DNA from: Deltaproteobacteria bacterium TL4
GTDB taxonomy: Bacteria > SAR324 > NAC60-12
Reading direction: 5' to 3'
DNA: 64,000 nucleotides
NCBI GenBank assembly: GCA_051382335.1
Contig: JBBCAX010000253.1
Coordinates: forward strand, 1-64,000
The notes under the pieces: model-generated
Database searches by the model: none
What the model saw: the letters and a program-made list of their open reading frames with translations, nothing else
What the model was told of the DNA's origin: nothing
Translations under genes and position numbers: made by a program
Shown: positions 50,875 to 60,176 of the stretch, piece after piece
Layout of the letters: every line of letters starts with the position of its first letter
Position numbering within the stretch: position 1 is the stretch's first letter

Positions 50875-51215
50875 GGGGTTGGTCACATTTTCGGCCACAA
50901 ATTGTAGGGGCGAACCTGTGTGTTCGCCCTGATCCCGGGCAGACACACAGGTCTGCCCCTACAGAACAAAACCCAACCTATAGATGTTCATTTAAATAAA
51001 TTCAGAATGTATATTTCGGACGATCCCTTTAATCGACTCATTATTAGGAGTGTCAAAGCTTGCTTTGACCAGAAAAGCCAAAGCTTTTCTTTGAATTTTG
51101 CCAAAGCAAGTTTTGGTACTCCACATTGATTCCAATGAAATTATTTAAATGAACGTCTATAGGTGGTAAATCAAAGACCGTTTTTTCACACATGGCCGAA
51201 AATGTGACCAACCCC
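50875..51215. mobile_element. MITE with 23-bp perfect TIRs and 8-bp TSD (IS1595/IS1016-like ends)
   Basis: GGGGTTGGTCACATTTTCGGCCA / TGGCCGAAAATGTGACCAACCCC; AATGAATT on both flanks; GTAG REP pair at about 50904-50962. Confidence 0.9.
50981..51159. mobile_element. TA-targeting MITE, copy 2 (opposite orientation)
   Basis: Same TIRs as 18941-19130; TA duplication; absent from homologous site near 37070. Confidence 0.9.
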
Positions 51216-51312
51216 AATGAATTCCTCCGTAAAACCTTATTTTGCAGGTTTTCTTTCGTGTTTTTAGTGTTTTTCGTGGTTTTTCCACAAGATATGCTTT
51301 TCCAGTGATCGC

Positions 51313-51765
51313 CTAATACTTGAAACGATTGGGAGGAACAGGGTAGGTCCGGGCACAATTGGAGTCCCAATCATTTTCCGAGAGACAGGGATAGTGACCG
51401 TGCCAATTGCCGCAATAATACTCATTGCCAAGAGGCAAAGCGGTTTGTATGGGCATGACAAATTCCCGGCCTGAACTGAACTGTGCCAGAATCCCCTCAG
51501 AAATAATGGTGATTTTATTGACTCGGATTTGTCTATGTCCTTCGAGGATACCCGCGTACTGAGGGGCATAGATTAACGTACATGTTTCTTGAACCTTAAG
51601 TGCTTCGTCTGTCGGATAATAGTAGGCCTTGGGACTTCCAGAAGTGCATCCTGAAACCAGAAAAAAAACAAGAAGAGCAGCAATAAATATTTGTTTTATG
51701 AAAACAATTTTTTGCAGAAGGATCCCCCAGAACGAGTGCGAACACAGCCACTGATGGAACATCAA
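51313..51765 (-). CDS. Putative lipoprotein
   Basis: Hydrophobic stretch ending in LVSGC lipobox; true start probably downstream of 51765. Confidence 0.55.
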   Translation of the reverse strand: MMFHQWLCSHSFWGILLQKIVFIKQIFIAALLVFFLVSGCTSGSPKAYYYPTDEALKVQETCTLIYAPQYAGILEGHRQIRVNKITIISEGILAQFSSGREFVMPIQTALPLGNEYYCGNWHGHYPCLSENDWDSNCARTYPVPPNRFKY

Positions 51766-52091
51766 TCAATCCTGGAAGAAGTAAGAAAGGCGAGCAAAAC
51801 TTTTTGAGATCTTTCCTCTTGGTCCACTATCGCAAAATGGCTTTCAGGTATTAGCTTTTTTCAATAATGAGATTACTGGACTTTTTGACTAATACCTGAA
51901 ACCTAACGGTTAATACCTATTTTGCAAAGGTGACTATTCATCCGACTTCGGAGAAAAGTAGTGTTTCACAAACAAAACGAAAAGGACCAGAAAACTGATC
52001 AAAAGGATGTACTCCAACCCTTTCATTTCAAAAATATTGACGTAAGTATAACTTTCCAGCATGGTGTCACTCTAGGGCTTATTTGTGAATA

Positions 52092-53312
52092 TTAATCATG
52101 TGCTACTTCAAAAACCGGCATTCTGGTCACAATCCAACGAAATACCCAAATCTCTATAAAAACAATCATAAAGGACACAACGATTTCCATCCACGTAGGG
52201 TAATACCGTGTAGAATACTGCCAATTGAAGGCAATAATGGAGGTATTCAGACGATTGAGGATGATCCCGATCATGGTCATCCCAGCGGCTACACGAATGA
52301 CACGAATGCTTCTGTATTTGACACCGTCCGCAAACAGAATGCAGGGAACCAGGACAAATCCGATCACTTCCAACAGATACCAAAAGCTCCAGAAACCAAA
52401 TCCCGTAATCACTTCCAGTTGATGCTCATGAATGGCCACGATTCCTTTGAACACAAAGTAGACAAACAAGGCGATCGAAGCTCCCTGGGCCAAGCCATAA
52501 ATGATTTCATCAAAAGCGCGATGGTCTTCTTCACTCCCCGTATCTTTAAAGATCTTATAACTGAGCGAGCCTTCAAAAATAACCATCGACAGTCCAGCAG
52601 GAATACTGGAAAGCAGAAAGAGGGTCGGAATAAATTCTGAATACCATAGTGGATGAATCTTTGACTTCGCCATCATGAACAAAGCGCCCAGTCCCGCTTG
52701 GTGTAACATTGAAAGCGTAATCCCAAAAATGACCGCTCCAACCGTCAAGCCCTTGAGTATTTTCTCTATTCGTTTCCATCCCAGCCATTCCGCGACAACA
52801 GGCGAAAATTCCAGAATTTGCGCGATGATGTAGAGGAGAAAGTGCCAAGACACCAAGAACAATACCGAGTTGAAGCCAAACGAATTTCCAATGATGGGAT
52901 TGAAGATATTCCAAGGATTCCCCAACTCAAAGATCAAAGCCCCTGCATAAAAAACATAGGCCAGCAATCCGTTCAACACGGTCGCCCGGACAATGGGATG
53001 ATACTTTTCGATCCCTAACACATAGACCACAAAAGTAAGGATATAGGCGCCAGCCGCAAAAGCCACCCCTGTCACTACATTAAGCCCCTTCCACACTCCC
53101 CATGGAAATTCCTGGGACAAATTCGTGACGGATCCCAGTCCTTGCGTAAAACGAACCACAAGGATCCCCATCCCAAGGAGGATAACAGGAATGGAGATCA
53201 CATTAAAGGGTGTCAACCACTTTCCTCGTGGTTTCATTTCCTTAAGAATAAATTGTATCGTTCTTTTCATCTCACTTCCCTGACTTACTGGGACACCTGT
53301 TATTTCGCTCAT
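52092..53312 (-). CDS. NrfD/HmcC/HybB-family quinone-interacting membrane subunit
   Basis: GLGSVTNLS..PWG, LSMLHQAGLG, HPLWYS, LNRLN, YYPTW.E; multi-TM. Confidence 0.9.
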   Translation of the reverse strand: MSEITGVPVSQGSEMKRTIQFILKEMKPRGKWLTPFNVISIPVILLGMGILVVRFTQGLGSVTNLSQEFPWGVWKGLNVVTGVAFAAGAYILTFVVYVLGIEKYHPIVRATVLNGLLAYVFYAGALIFELGNPWNIFNPIIGNSFGFNSVLFLVSWHFLLYIIAQILEFSPVVAEWLGWKRIEKILKGLTVGAVIFGITLSMLHQAGLGALFMMAKSKIHPLWYSEFIPTLFLLSSIPAGLSMVIFEGSLSYKIFKDTGSEEDHRAFDEIIYGLAQGASIALFVYFVFKGIVAIHEHQLEVITGFGFWSFWYLLEVIGFVLVPCILFADGVKYRSIRVIRVAAGMTMIGIILNRLNTSIIAFNWQYSTRYYPTWMEIVVSFMIVFIEIWVFRWIVTRMPVFEVAHD

Positions 53313-54172
53313 AATTTATCCCCTTCTTCTTCATGTTTTTTCTTTTGTCCATCGGTTAAACGTTGAAGCCCGTAGAGCAGGGGCGGAACCATCAGAATGA
53401 CACTGGGCACCGCATATAAAAATTCTTTGGTAAACTCTGGATAAGGCAGGGTCCCCAAATCTGTCCGAAATCCAAGCTGATCGAAAGGCACAGCGGCAAG
53501 GTAGAGCCACCCCGTTCCTCCAACCTCATATTCCCCATAAATGTGACGTACATACTTGGAGGGATGTCGGTAAATCTGAGTCCGAGCTGTTTCCAGCAGG
53601 TCTTTTTTCATTCCAAAGGTGAGGGCTCCGGTGGGACATACCTGAACACATGCGGGTTTTTTCCCTTCTTCCAAACGTTCCCAGCACATGTTGCATTTCT
53701 GGATTTTGGGATTCCAGGTATTGTATTCGGCTTTGGGAATTTCAAAGGGGCAGGACACCATACAATAGCGGCACCCCATACACATACTTTTCCGCCAGAT
53801 GATGGGACCTGCTTGGGTTTTATACATAGCGTTAGTGAGACATGCCGCCGTACATGCCGGTTGCCAACAATGCATGCATTGCCGCTTCACAAAGACTTCC
53901 CCTTTGTCGGTCTTGTAACGATTCACCACCGTCCATTGGGTAGCACTGGTCTTTCTTTCTTTTTCCAAAGCTGAGTCGGTTTCTACATCCGGAACCGGAA
54001 GGTCATGGACTTGCGCACACGCCTGTTCACAGGACCGGCATCCAACACACCGGGTCGTATCGGTAAGAACGCCAACAAACTCTTGCTTGGGTGCCGCTTT
54101 GGCCTGGGCAGAATTTCCCAACAAAGCACCCCCCGTCGCCCCGAGAATCTTAAGAAAATTTCTTCGTCTCAT
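53309..54172 (-). CDS. Tat-exported 4x[4Fe-4S] protein (HmcB/HybA-like)
   Basis: RRRNFLK Tat motif; 16 Cys in four motifs; C-terminal TM. Confidence 0.92.
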   Translation of the reverse strand: MRRRNFLKILGATGGALLGNSAQAKAAPKQEFVGVLTDTTRCVGCRSCEQACAQVHDLPVPDVETDSALEKERKTSATQWTVVNRYKTDKGEVFVKRQCMHCWQPACTAACLTNAMYKTQAGPIIWRKSMCMGCRYCMVSCPFEIPKAEYNTWNPKIQKCNMCWERLEEGKKPACVQVCPTGALTFGMKKDLLETARTQIYRHPSKYVRHIYGEYEVGGTGWLYLAAVPFDQLGFRTDLGTLPYPEFTKEFLYAVPSVILMVPPLLYGLQRLTDGQKKKHEEEGDKL

Positions 54173-54214
54173 ATTTTTCCTCCTTTGCCATCAAATAAAA
54201 TAGAAACCATCGAT

Positions 54215-54688
54215 TCAAAATTCAGCCTTAGGACCGGTGTGACATTCCTTGCACATTTCACTCGCTTTTGGTCCGGTTTCAATTTCATGGCACTCCCAAC
54301 AGCTCTTGTGAACAACAACTTTGGGACTAAAGGCCTCATCGGCAAGCGCGGCCGGTTGTTGACGATGACATTCGGAACAGGACTGAGCCTCTTTTGCGTC
54401 CTGGGATTCATGATGGCAAGTCTTGCAATCAACCCAGAAATCCTCAAAATAGTATTTATGCTTGAATTCCAAGACACGGGCATTCGTCTCGTGATGACAT
54501 TCTTCACACTTGATCTCCTGTTCTTCAATATGCGCTTTATGATTGAAAACCACCTCACCCATCACAGACGGTGATTTAATGAGGTCTGGCACCTCCACCT
54601 CTTCTGTGTCCGCATCTTCAGCAAACACGGTGATCGCCACAGTCAAGCAGAGTAATAAATGGCAAAGAAACCCTAATTGTTTTTTCAT
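54215..54688 (-). CDS. Pentahaem cytochrome c (c3-like)
   Basis: Signal peptide; V.FNHKAH; CEECH, CKTCH, CSECH, CWECH, CKECH. Confidence 0.9.
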   Translation of the reverse strand: MKKQLGFLCHLLLCLTVAITVFAEDADTEEVEVPDLIKSPSVMGEVVFNHKAHIEEQEIKCEECHHETNARVLEFKHKYYFEDFWVDCKTCHHESQDAKEAQSCSECHRQQPAALADEAFSPKVVVHKSCWECHEIETGPKASEMCKECHTGPKAEF

Positions 54689-54717
54689 TTAACCCTCCAT
54701 TCATTCACGTGATAATC

Positions 54718-55866
54718 TTATTTTTGAATATTGACAGGACGCAGAAATAACCGGCAAAAAGTATTCCAGGCTTCATCACTCATCGCAACTGAAGCCTCAT
54801 CTTGGGCGACTGTTGCTCGTAACTTGGCAACTTCCTTGTAACGCTCGATCTCTTCCTGATACCAGGCGATCGCCGCGGAGCCAATGCGTAATGACTGGAA
54901 TTCTTCCGGGAGTTTGCTGGGTTCAATACTACAGAACCAGCCCAGCTCGTAAGGTTTCATTTGAACGTATTCCAAATGCTCTAACAATTCCTGATTGACC
55001 GCGGCCACCTGCCCACTGATGGGGGAAACAATCCCCACGGAATGACCTTGTTGATGGATTGTGAATAAGAGATCCCCTTTCTGAAGGGCCTTCCCCACTT
55101 CTGGCAAGTCCACATTATCCAACAGCCCCATATTTTTCTGGACAAAATCATCAATCCCCACTCGAACCATGCCATTCATTTCCAGGTTGATCCATGTGTG
55201 TTTTGAAGACACAAAAACACCCGCAGGAATATTGAATTCATACCGTTCCTTGGAGGCTTTGACAGAAGACGTGACCAGCCGAACCGCAGGACGTATGTGT
55301 TTTTCAATCCGATCCTGCCTTCGAATAAGCGATTTGTTGACAAAATCCACCAGTTCGTCTTCAGTGAACGGTTTCTGAACATAATCCATCGCACCGTGTT
55401 TCATCGTATCGACGGCTGATTCTACGGAAGCGTATCCGGTGATCATGATCACATCAATATCGGGACGCAGATACTTCACCGCTTTAGTGACCTCCAAACC
55501 GTTCACTTCTGGCATCTTCAGGTCTGTAAACACGAAGTCATAATTGTTCTTTTGAATTAATCCCAGTGCCTCTTTTCCGTTCTCAACGGTATCCACCGAA
55601 TAACCGGCAAGAACCAATATTTTGCGAAAACTGTCCAGGACGATGGCTTCATCATCAACCGCCAATATCCAGGCCTTGGGATTGCTAACTTCTACGTGTT
55701 TCAAACTTTTAGCATCGTCGGTGTAGTCGAGTTTCAGGTCGACCTTTAAAGCATTCTCTCTTTCTTTGTGAGCATTGGCCTCCTGAATTTTGCGAATAGC
55801 CATCCGGATTAAAATATCCAGTGCGACAAATGAGACAATGGTGAGAATAACAACAATAATAACCAT
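54718..55866 (-). CDS. Membrane-anchored receiver - GcvH-like fusion
   Basis: TM; AVDDE, TDLKMP, QKPF; HTW..VRVGIDDF..SPISGQVAAVN..PYELGW. Confidence 0.88.
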   Translation of the reverse strand: MVIIVVILTIVSFVALDILIRMAIRKIQEANAHKERENALKVDLKLDYTDDAKSLKHVEVSNPKAWILAVDDEAIVLDSFRKILVLAGYSVDTVENGKEALGLIQKNNYDFVFTDLKMPEVNGLEVTKAVKYLRPDIDVIMITGYASVESAVDTMKHGAMDYVQKPFTEDELVDFVNKSLIRRQDRIEKHIRPAVRLVTSSVKASKERYEFNIPAGVFVSSKHTWINLEMNGMVRVGIDDFVQKNMGLLDNVDLPEVGKALQKGDLLFTIHQQGHSVGIVSPISGQVAAVNQELLEHLEYVQMKPYELGWFCSIEPSKLPEEFQSLRIGSAAIAWYQEEIERYKEVAKLRATVAQDEASVAMSDEAWNTFCRLFLRPVNIQK

Positions 55867-55890
55867 AATAACCTCGTTATGCTTGATTTC

Positions 55891-57411
55891 TTAAGTGACG
55901 TTCCCCTCTTTAATAAGAGAGTTCGTTTGTTTACTAAGAGGAAAGTGAAGGGTAAACGTCGTGCCTTCGCCCACAGTACTTTCCACGTCAATGTGTCCTT
56001 TATGCTTTTCCACAATGCCCCATACCATGGCTAATCCCAACCCCGTTCCCCGTTGCCCTTTCGTGGTATAAAAAGGCTCAAAAATTTTTGTCATACCCTC
56101 TGGCGAAATACCACAGCCTGAATCCGTAACTCGAACGGCGACAAAATCTTGGTCCTTACTTCGGCCAGAGGATGTCGTTACGGTGATCTCGCCCCCAGCT
56201 TCACCAAGGGCATCCGCAGCATTCACAAAAAGATTGATGAACACCTGGAACAATTGATTTTCGTCAGCCCATACCAGCGGCAGATCTTGGGACAGATGCT
56301 TGACGATAACCACATTACTTTTCAATTGGTTACTGATAATATCAATCGTCTTCTGCAAGACCTCATTGATCGGCACCTGTTTTTTCTCTGAAGGGACCGG
56401 ACGGGCGAAATCCAGCAATTCTTTGACAATCTGCCGACACCGTTTGGTTTCCCTGACAATCACCTCAAGATCGGCCTTATCTTCGTCCTTGTCAATTCGT
56501 TTGAGCAGATAGCTACTATACGTCAACACTCCGGTCAGCGGGTTATTCAATTCGTGGGCAACCCCTGCGGCAAGACGACCAATTGATGCCAATTTATCGG
56601 ATTGGTAGAGTTGTCGTTGCGCATCAGAAAGCTTCTCGGTCATGTCATTGAACGATTTAGCCAGATTTCCAAGCTCATCATGTGAGTCAATTTCAATTTT
56701 GTGATTCAAGTCTCCAGCAGCCACCTCATTAATGGCTCGCACCAGCCTAGTCACTGGTGTCCCCACCAGACGTTGCACAAAAAAGAACAATAAGAGGCTC
56801 ACAATCGCAATGGTCCCACTCCCGAAAATCAACGTTTTGATCTGACTCGCGCGAATTTGAGCATCCACTTCCGTCAAGGACATGGTAATATCCAGAATTC
56901 CCAGTACCTTTTGAGCTTCCGCATGGGCATGACAATCCGCCTGCCAACAGCCAGGTTCATTATAGATGGGGTTGATCATCCCCATCTTTCTATCTTTATC
57001 CGGAGTCACGAAAATCCGTGTTCTCTCAGGAATTGACAAGCGTACCAACGGTTGATCCGCAACGTGACATGCATAACAGGCTTCAGCGTTCATATCCACC
57101 AGAGTGTTCATCACAGATTTGTCCGAAGAGAAAATAATCTCTCCCTCTTTATTAATGATCCGAACTTTTTCAATTCCGCTTTGACTCCCAATGGTGTCTA
57201 TCGTCTGATGCACCCGTTCCCTGTCTTTTACCATCATGTCATGCTTCATACTACTCTTGATGGTTTCACTGAGTTGGTGTGTACTTAATTCCACCTGGGC
57301 AATCAACTCCTCTTGCTGAGCGCTGATGACAGCATAGGAAAAAATACCGATGGTCAGCATTATTACACAGCCCACTGCAAAAATAAGTTTAAAGCTAATT
57401 TTACTTCTCAT
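55891..57411 (-). CDS. HAMP histidine kinase with periplasmic haem-c-type motifs
   Basis: Two TMs; CYACH and CWQADCH; AHELNNPL, NLFVNA, DSGCG, GTGLGL. Confidence 0.92.
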   Translation of the reverse strand: MRSKISFKLIFAVGCVIMLTIGIFSYAVISAQQEELIAQVELSTHQLSETIKSSMKHDMMVKDRERVHQTIDTIGSQSGIEKVRIINKEGEIIFSSDKSVMNTLVDMNAEACYACHVADQPLVRLSIPERTRIFVTPDKDRKMGMINPIYNEPGCWQADCHAHAEAQKVLGILDITMSLTEVDAQIRASQIKTLIFGSGTIAIVSLLLFFFVQRLVGTPVTRLVRAINEVAAGDLNHKIEIDSHDELGNLAKSFNDMTEKLSDAQRQLYQSDKLASIGRLAAGVAHELNNPLTGVLTYSSYLLKRIDKDEDKADLEVIVRETKRCRQIVKELLDFARPVPSEKKQVPINEVLQKTIDIISNQLKSNVVIVKHLSQDLPLVWADENQLFQVFINLFVNAADALGEAGGEITVTTSSGRSKDQDFVAVRVTDSGCGISPEGMTKIFEPFYTTKGQRGTGLGLAMVWGIVEKHKGHIDVESTVGEGTTFTLHFPLSKQTNSLIKEGNVT

Positions 57412-57900
57412 GTTCAACCATCCATAAAATGTCTTGGATACACTCTCAATTTAAGACCTAAGTTCCTTATGCAACTTTCTGAAGGTGAAATCAATCCATA
57501 ATTTGATTAATTTTAACAATAAATTCGAATTCAGGACTTAGTGCCCTTTCCTGCAAACAAAGCCTGCAATGGATAAGAAACCACAACCGTCTAACCAATA
57601 CTTTCTGCAGTTCGGACAATTACTCACAAAGGTTGAGCTGGATCCTCAGCAAAACTCACCAAATTAAAGGTAATCGTTCAAGTTCGGTTTAAGGCGATTC
57701 GTCGCAGTTTAATCAATAAGATCAAAGAGAAGGATACAAAATATACGCCAAAAATGGATATCACTAGAAAATTGTCAATAATTTGAACTTATGTTTTACA
57801 CGAAAAATATGCTATAACTAACTCAGCGACGGAATGTATGCTTCAGCCGCTTTTTTCACTTGTAATAATTTTACACTCTCCTTCGACACAAACGTAAAAT

Positions 57901-58839
57901 ATGCCTTTAAAAACAGTTAATTTAAAACTAGGACTCATCCTGTCCATTCTTATTTTGGGTGGGTGCATCAATGTCAAAGATAGTGAGCTTGAAAAAAGTT
58001 CTCCTGGCAATGATACCAGCAGTGATGTAGTGAGTCATAAAGACGCAAGCCTTGAGGCGTCCTCCGATGCTTCTGCAGACGATGTTAATAAGAAACCCTC
58101 TGACAAAAGCCTCCGCATACTCATCGCAATCAGTAACTCGATGGTCAAACTTTCGGGGGGAACGTTCATGAGGGGATACATTCAGGGTGCTGGCTATAGT
58201 AATGAATCCCCGATCCATCAAGTCACATTGAGTCAGGATTTTTATATTTCAGATCACGAAGTCACGGCAAATGAGTACAAAGCGTGTACGGAGGCAGGAG
58301 GTTGTACCTATAATGGAATAACCACAGGATCGAATGTGACCTACAACATCCCAGGAAAGGAAAACCATCCGATTAATTACGTCAGTTGGAATGATGCCCA
58401 AGATTATGTCAGTTGGTTGAATCAAAATTATCCGCGGAGTTTTCGACTTTGCACAGAGGCAGAGTGGGAATATGCGACAATCGCGGGCACCACTACCAAA
58501 TGGTCGTGTGGCAATCATGAATCTTGTTTGAATGATGTGGCATGGTATCATGACAATAATACGCACAATGGGACTAAGAAAGTAAAAACCAAAAAGCCAA
58601 ATCCCTGGAAACTTTATGATATGTACGGGAATGTCTGGGAGTGGGTACAGGACTGGTACGAAAATTATGCCAGTGGCGCGGTTACAGATCCGACGGGACC
58701 GGCTTCCGCCTCGCGTCGCGTTAGTCGTGGCGGCGCCTTTTCCAATTCCTCCAGCGACGTGCGTTCTACGGGTCGCCGCGGCAACTCGCCTGACCTCCGT
58801 AGTTCCAGCATTGGAATTCGGATCTGCAGCTCCAGGTAA
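57901..58839 (+). CDS. FGE-sulfatase (SUMF1/CLec) domain lipoprotein
   Basis: LGGC lipobox; HEVT, RLCTEAEWEYA, LYDMYGNVWEW, RVSRGG. Confidence 0.88.
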   Translation: MPLKTVNLKLGLILSILILGGCINVKDSELEKSSPGNDTSSDVVSHKDASLEASSDASADDVNKKPSDKSLRILIAISNSMVKLSGGTFMRGYIQGAGYSNESPIHQVTLSQDFYISDHEVTANEYKACTEAGGCTYNGITTGSNVTYNIPGKENHPINYVSWNDAQDYVSWLNQNYPRSFRLCTEAEWEYATIAGTTTKWSCGNHESCLNDVAWYHDNNTHNGTKKVKTKKPNPWKLYDMYGNVWEWVQDWYENYASGAVTDPTGPASASRRVSRGGAFSNSSSDVRSTGRRGNSPDLRSSSIGIRICSSR

Positions 58840-59089
58840 ACCTCCACAGCGTTTCCTCCTTGAGTCGACGCAAATGATTGTTCCATTGAGTCTGACGATG
58901 GAACAACCTCCCCGCTAATAATCAATGCTCTTATTTTCGATTCAATGCTGAAAATTTAATACAAAAAGACAGAACTGGAGATTTTTATTGTGATCTACTC
59001 GTAAATGGGGCAAATTGCCCCAAACCAACCCCCTGCGGTACAGGTTACCGTAAATGGTTCAGGACATGGACACTATGGAAGGAGATAGT

Positions 59090-59704
59090 ATGGAGGAAGT
59101 ATTTTCTACTGATATTGGAACGTGGACATCCAGTGCGGGAGCCGCGTTTGTATTAATTTTTCTTGCAGAACTAGGAGATAAAACACAACTGGTCTGCATG
59201 ACGCTTGCCGCACGATACCGTGGGAGGCCGGTCTTGATCGGCGCTATTGCGGCATTTGTGGTTTTGAACACACTCGGCGTGCTTTTTGGCGCATCGCTGG
59301 CGGCATGGATTCCACGCTTGTATATTGACATAGCGGTTGCCCTGCTTTTCGGCGTCTTTGGTGTTCAGGCTTTGTCTATCAAGGAGGATGAGGACGAGAG
59401 CGATGAGGTCACAGAAACTCGAGGGAAAGCCCTCTGGTTAACCGCGTTTCTGATGATTTTTCTTGCGGAATTGGGAGATAAAACGCAGATTGCCGTCGTT
59501 GGACTTGCCGGCACCGCCCCTCCGATTCCGGTCTGGGTTGGCGCCACGCTCGCCTTGAGCGCCTCCTCCGCACTTGGAGTACTGGCAGGCAGAACCGTAT
59601 TGCAACGTATCCCTGTTGTTCTTCTTCACCGGGTCAGCGGCGCTTTCTTTCTTCTTCTGACGGCCTTTGTGGTTGCTAGAATTGTCATGAATTTGCAAGC
59701 CTGA
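59090..59704 (+). CDS. UPF0016/GDT1/TMEM165 family (Mn2+/Ca2+) transporter
   Basis: Two ELGDKTQ motifs; start could be 59054-59090. Confidence 0.92.
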   Translation: MEEVFSTDIGTWTSSAGAAFVLIFLAELGDKTQLVCMTLAARYRGRPVLIGAIAAFVVLNTLGVLFGASLAAWIPRLYIDIAVALLFGVFGVQALSIKEDEDESDEVTETRGKALWLTAFLMIFLAELGDKTQIAVVGLAGTAPPIPVWVGATLALSASSALGVLAGRTVLQRIPVVLLHRVSGAFFLLLTAFVVARIVMNLQA

Positions 59705-59886
59705 CCTCCAGTTTCCACACGATAATATCCGTAGGATCTGTTTAATCCGTGAGCCTTTATAGAGAATAACGCATTACGGATGAGGAAACTTTAAGGAATC
59801 GCACATAAATAACTTACCCATTTGCCTCCAGTCAGCCACAGCAATGTGCTGCAGAGGTTTACTAAAAAAGGGCATAGGGCATAGGG

Positions 59887-60069
59887 CAATACCCGTGAAT
59901 GAAATCATGTTCGTAGTTCCGCCTTTAGGCGGTAAGCCTTGCAGAAAATCCGCCTAAAGGCGGAACTACGAACTTTTCACAAGGACTTCAGAAAAACTCG
60001 CTATAATTTTATAAGTGGCTGTAATTAAAATACTTATTATTATTTTCCCAATTCCATTCACGGGTATTG
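59887..60069. mobile_element. MITE with 10-bp TSD (IS4-like ends) and perfect REP pair
   Basis: TIRs CAATACCCGTGAATG; GGGCATAGGG on both flanks; gttcgtagttccgcctttaggcgg / ccgcctaaaggcggaactacgaac at 59909-59973. Confidence 0.88.
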
Positions 60070-60176
60070 GGGCATAGGGCAGCCAAGAGACTAATCCCCA
60101 ATCCCTATTCCCTTGGAGTGGCAACCAATTAGATTGGGTATTGGGAATGTTATTCATGAGCGATTCCTTAGGAAAC

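Larger units (their letters stand above)
50794..51284. mobile_element. Composite nested repeat element
   Basis: Left end tttcgagctgtgcaggt is the inverse of 37205-37229; contains the two MITEs listed next. Confidence 0.75.

Noticed and set aside
52092..54172. Hydrogenase-2 operon (hybAB)
   Set aside because: No hydrogenase subunits or maturation genes in the window
54005..54574. ORFs 54005-54574 and 54169-54558, and similar antisense or overlapping ORFs elsewhere
   Set aside because: Shadows of well-supported genes
57901..58839. True formylglycine-generating enzyme, or a complete DGR
   Set aside because: Catalytic Cys pair after RGG is absent; no RT, avd or template repeat seen here
58835..58915. 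c-di-GMP-I riboswitch (GGTAAAC..GACGCAAA)
   Set aside because: No GAAA-capped stem or receptor, and it overlaps a stop codon
58990..59090. yybP-ykoY Mn riboswitch before the UPF0016 gene
   Set aside because: Only a short ggggcaaattgcccc hairpin; conserved motif not seen
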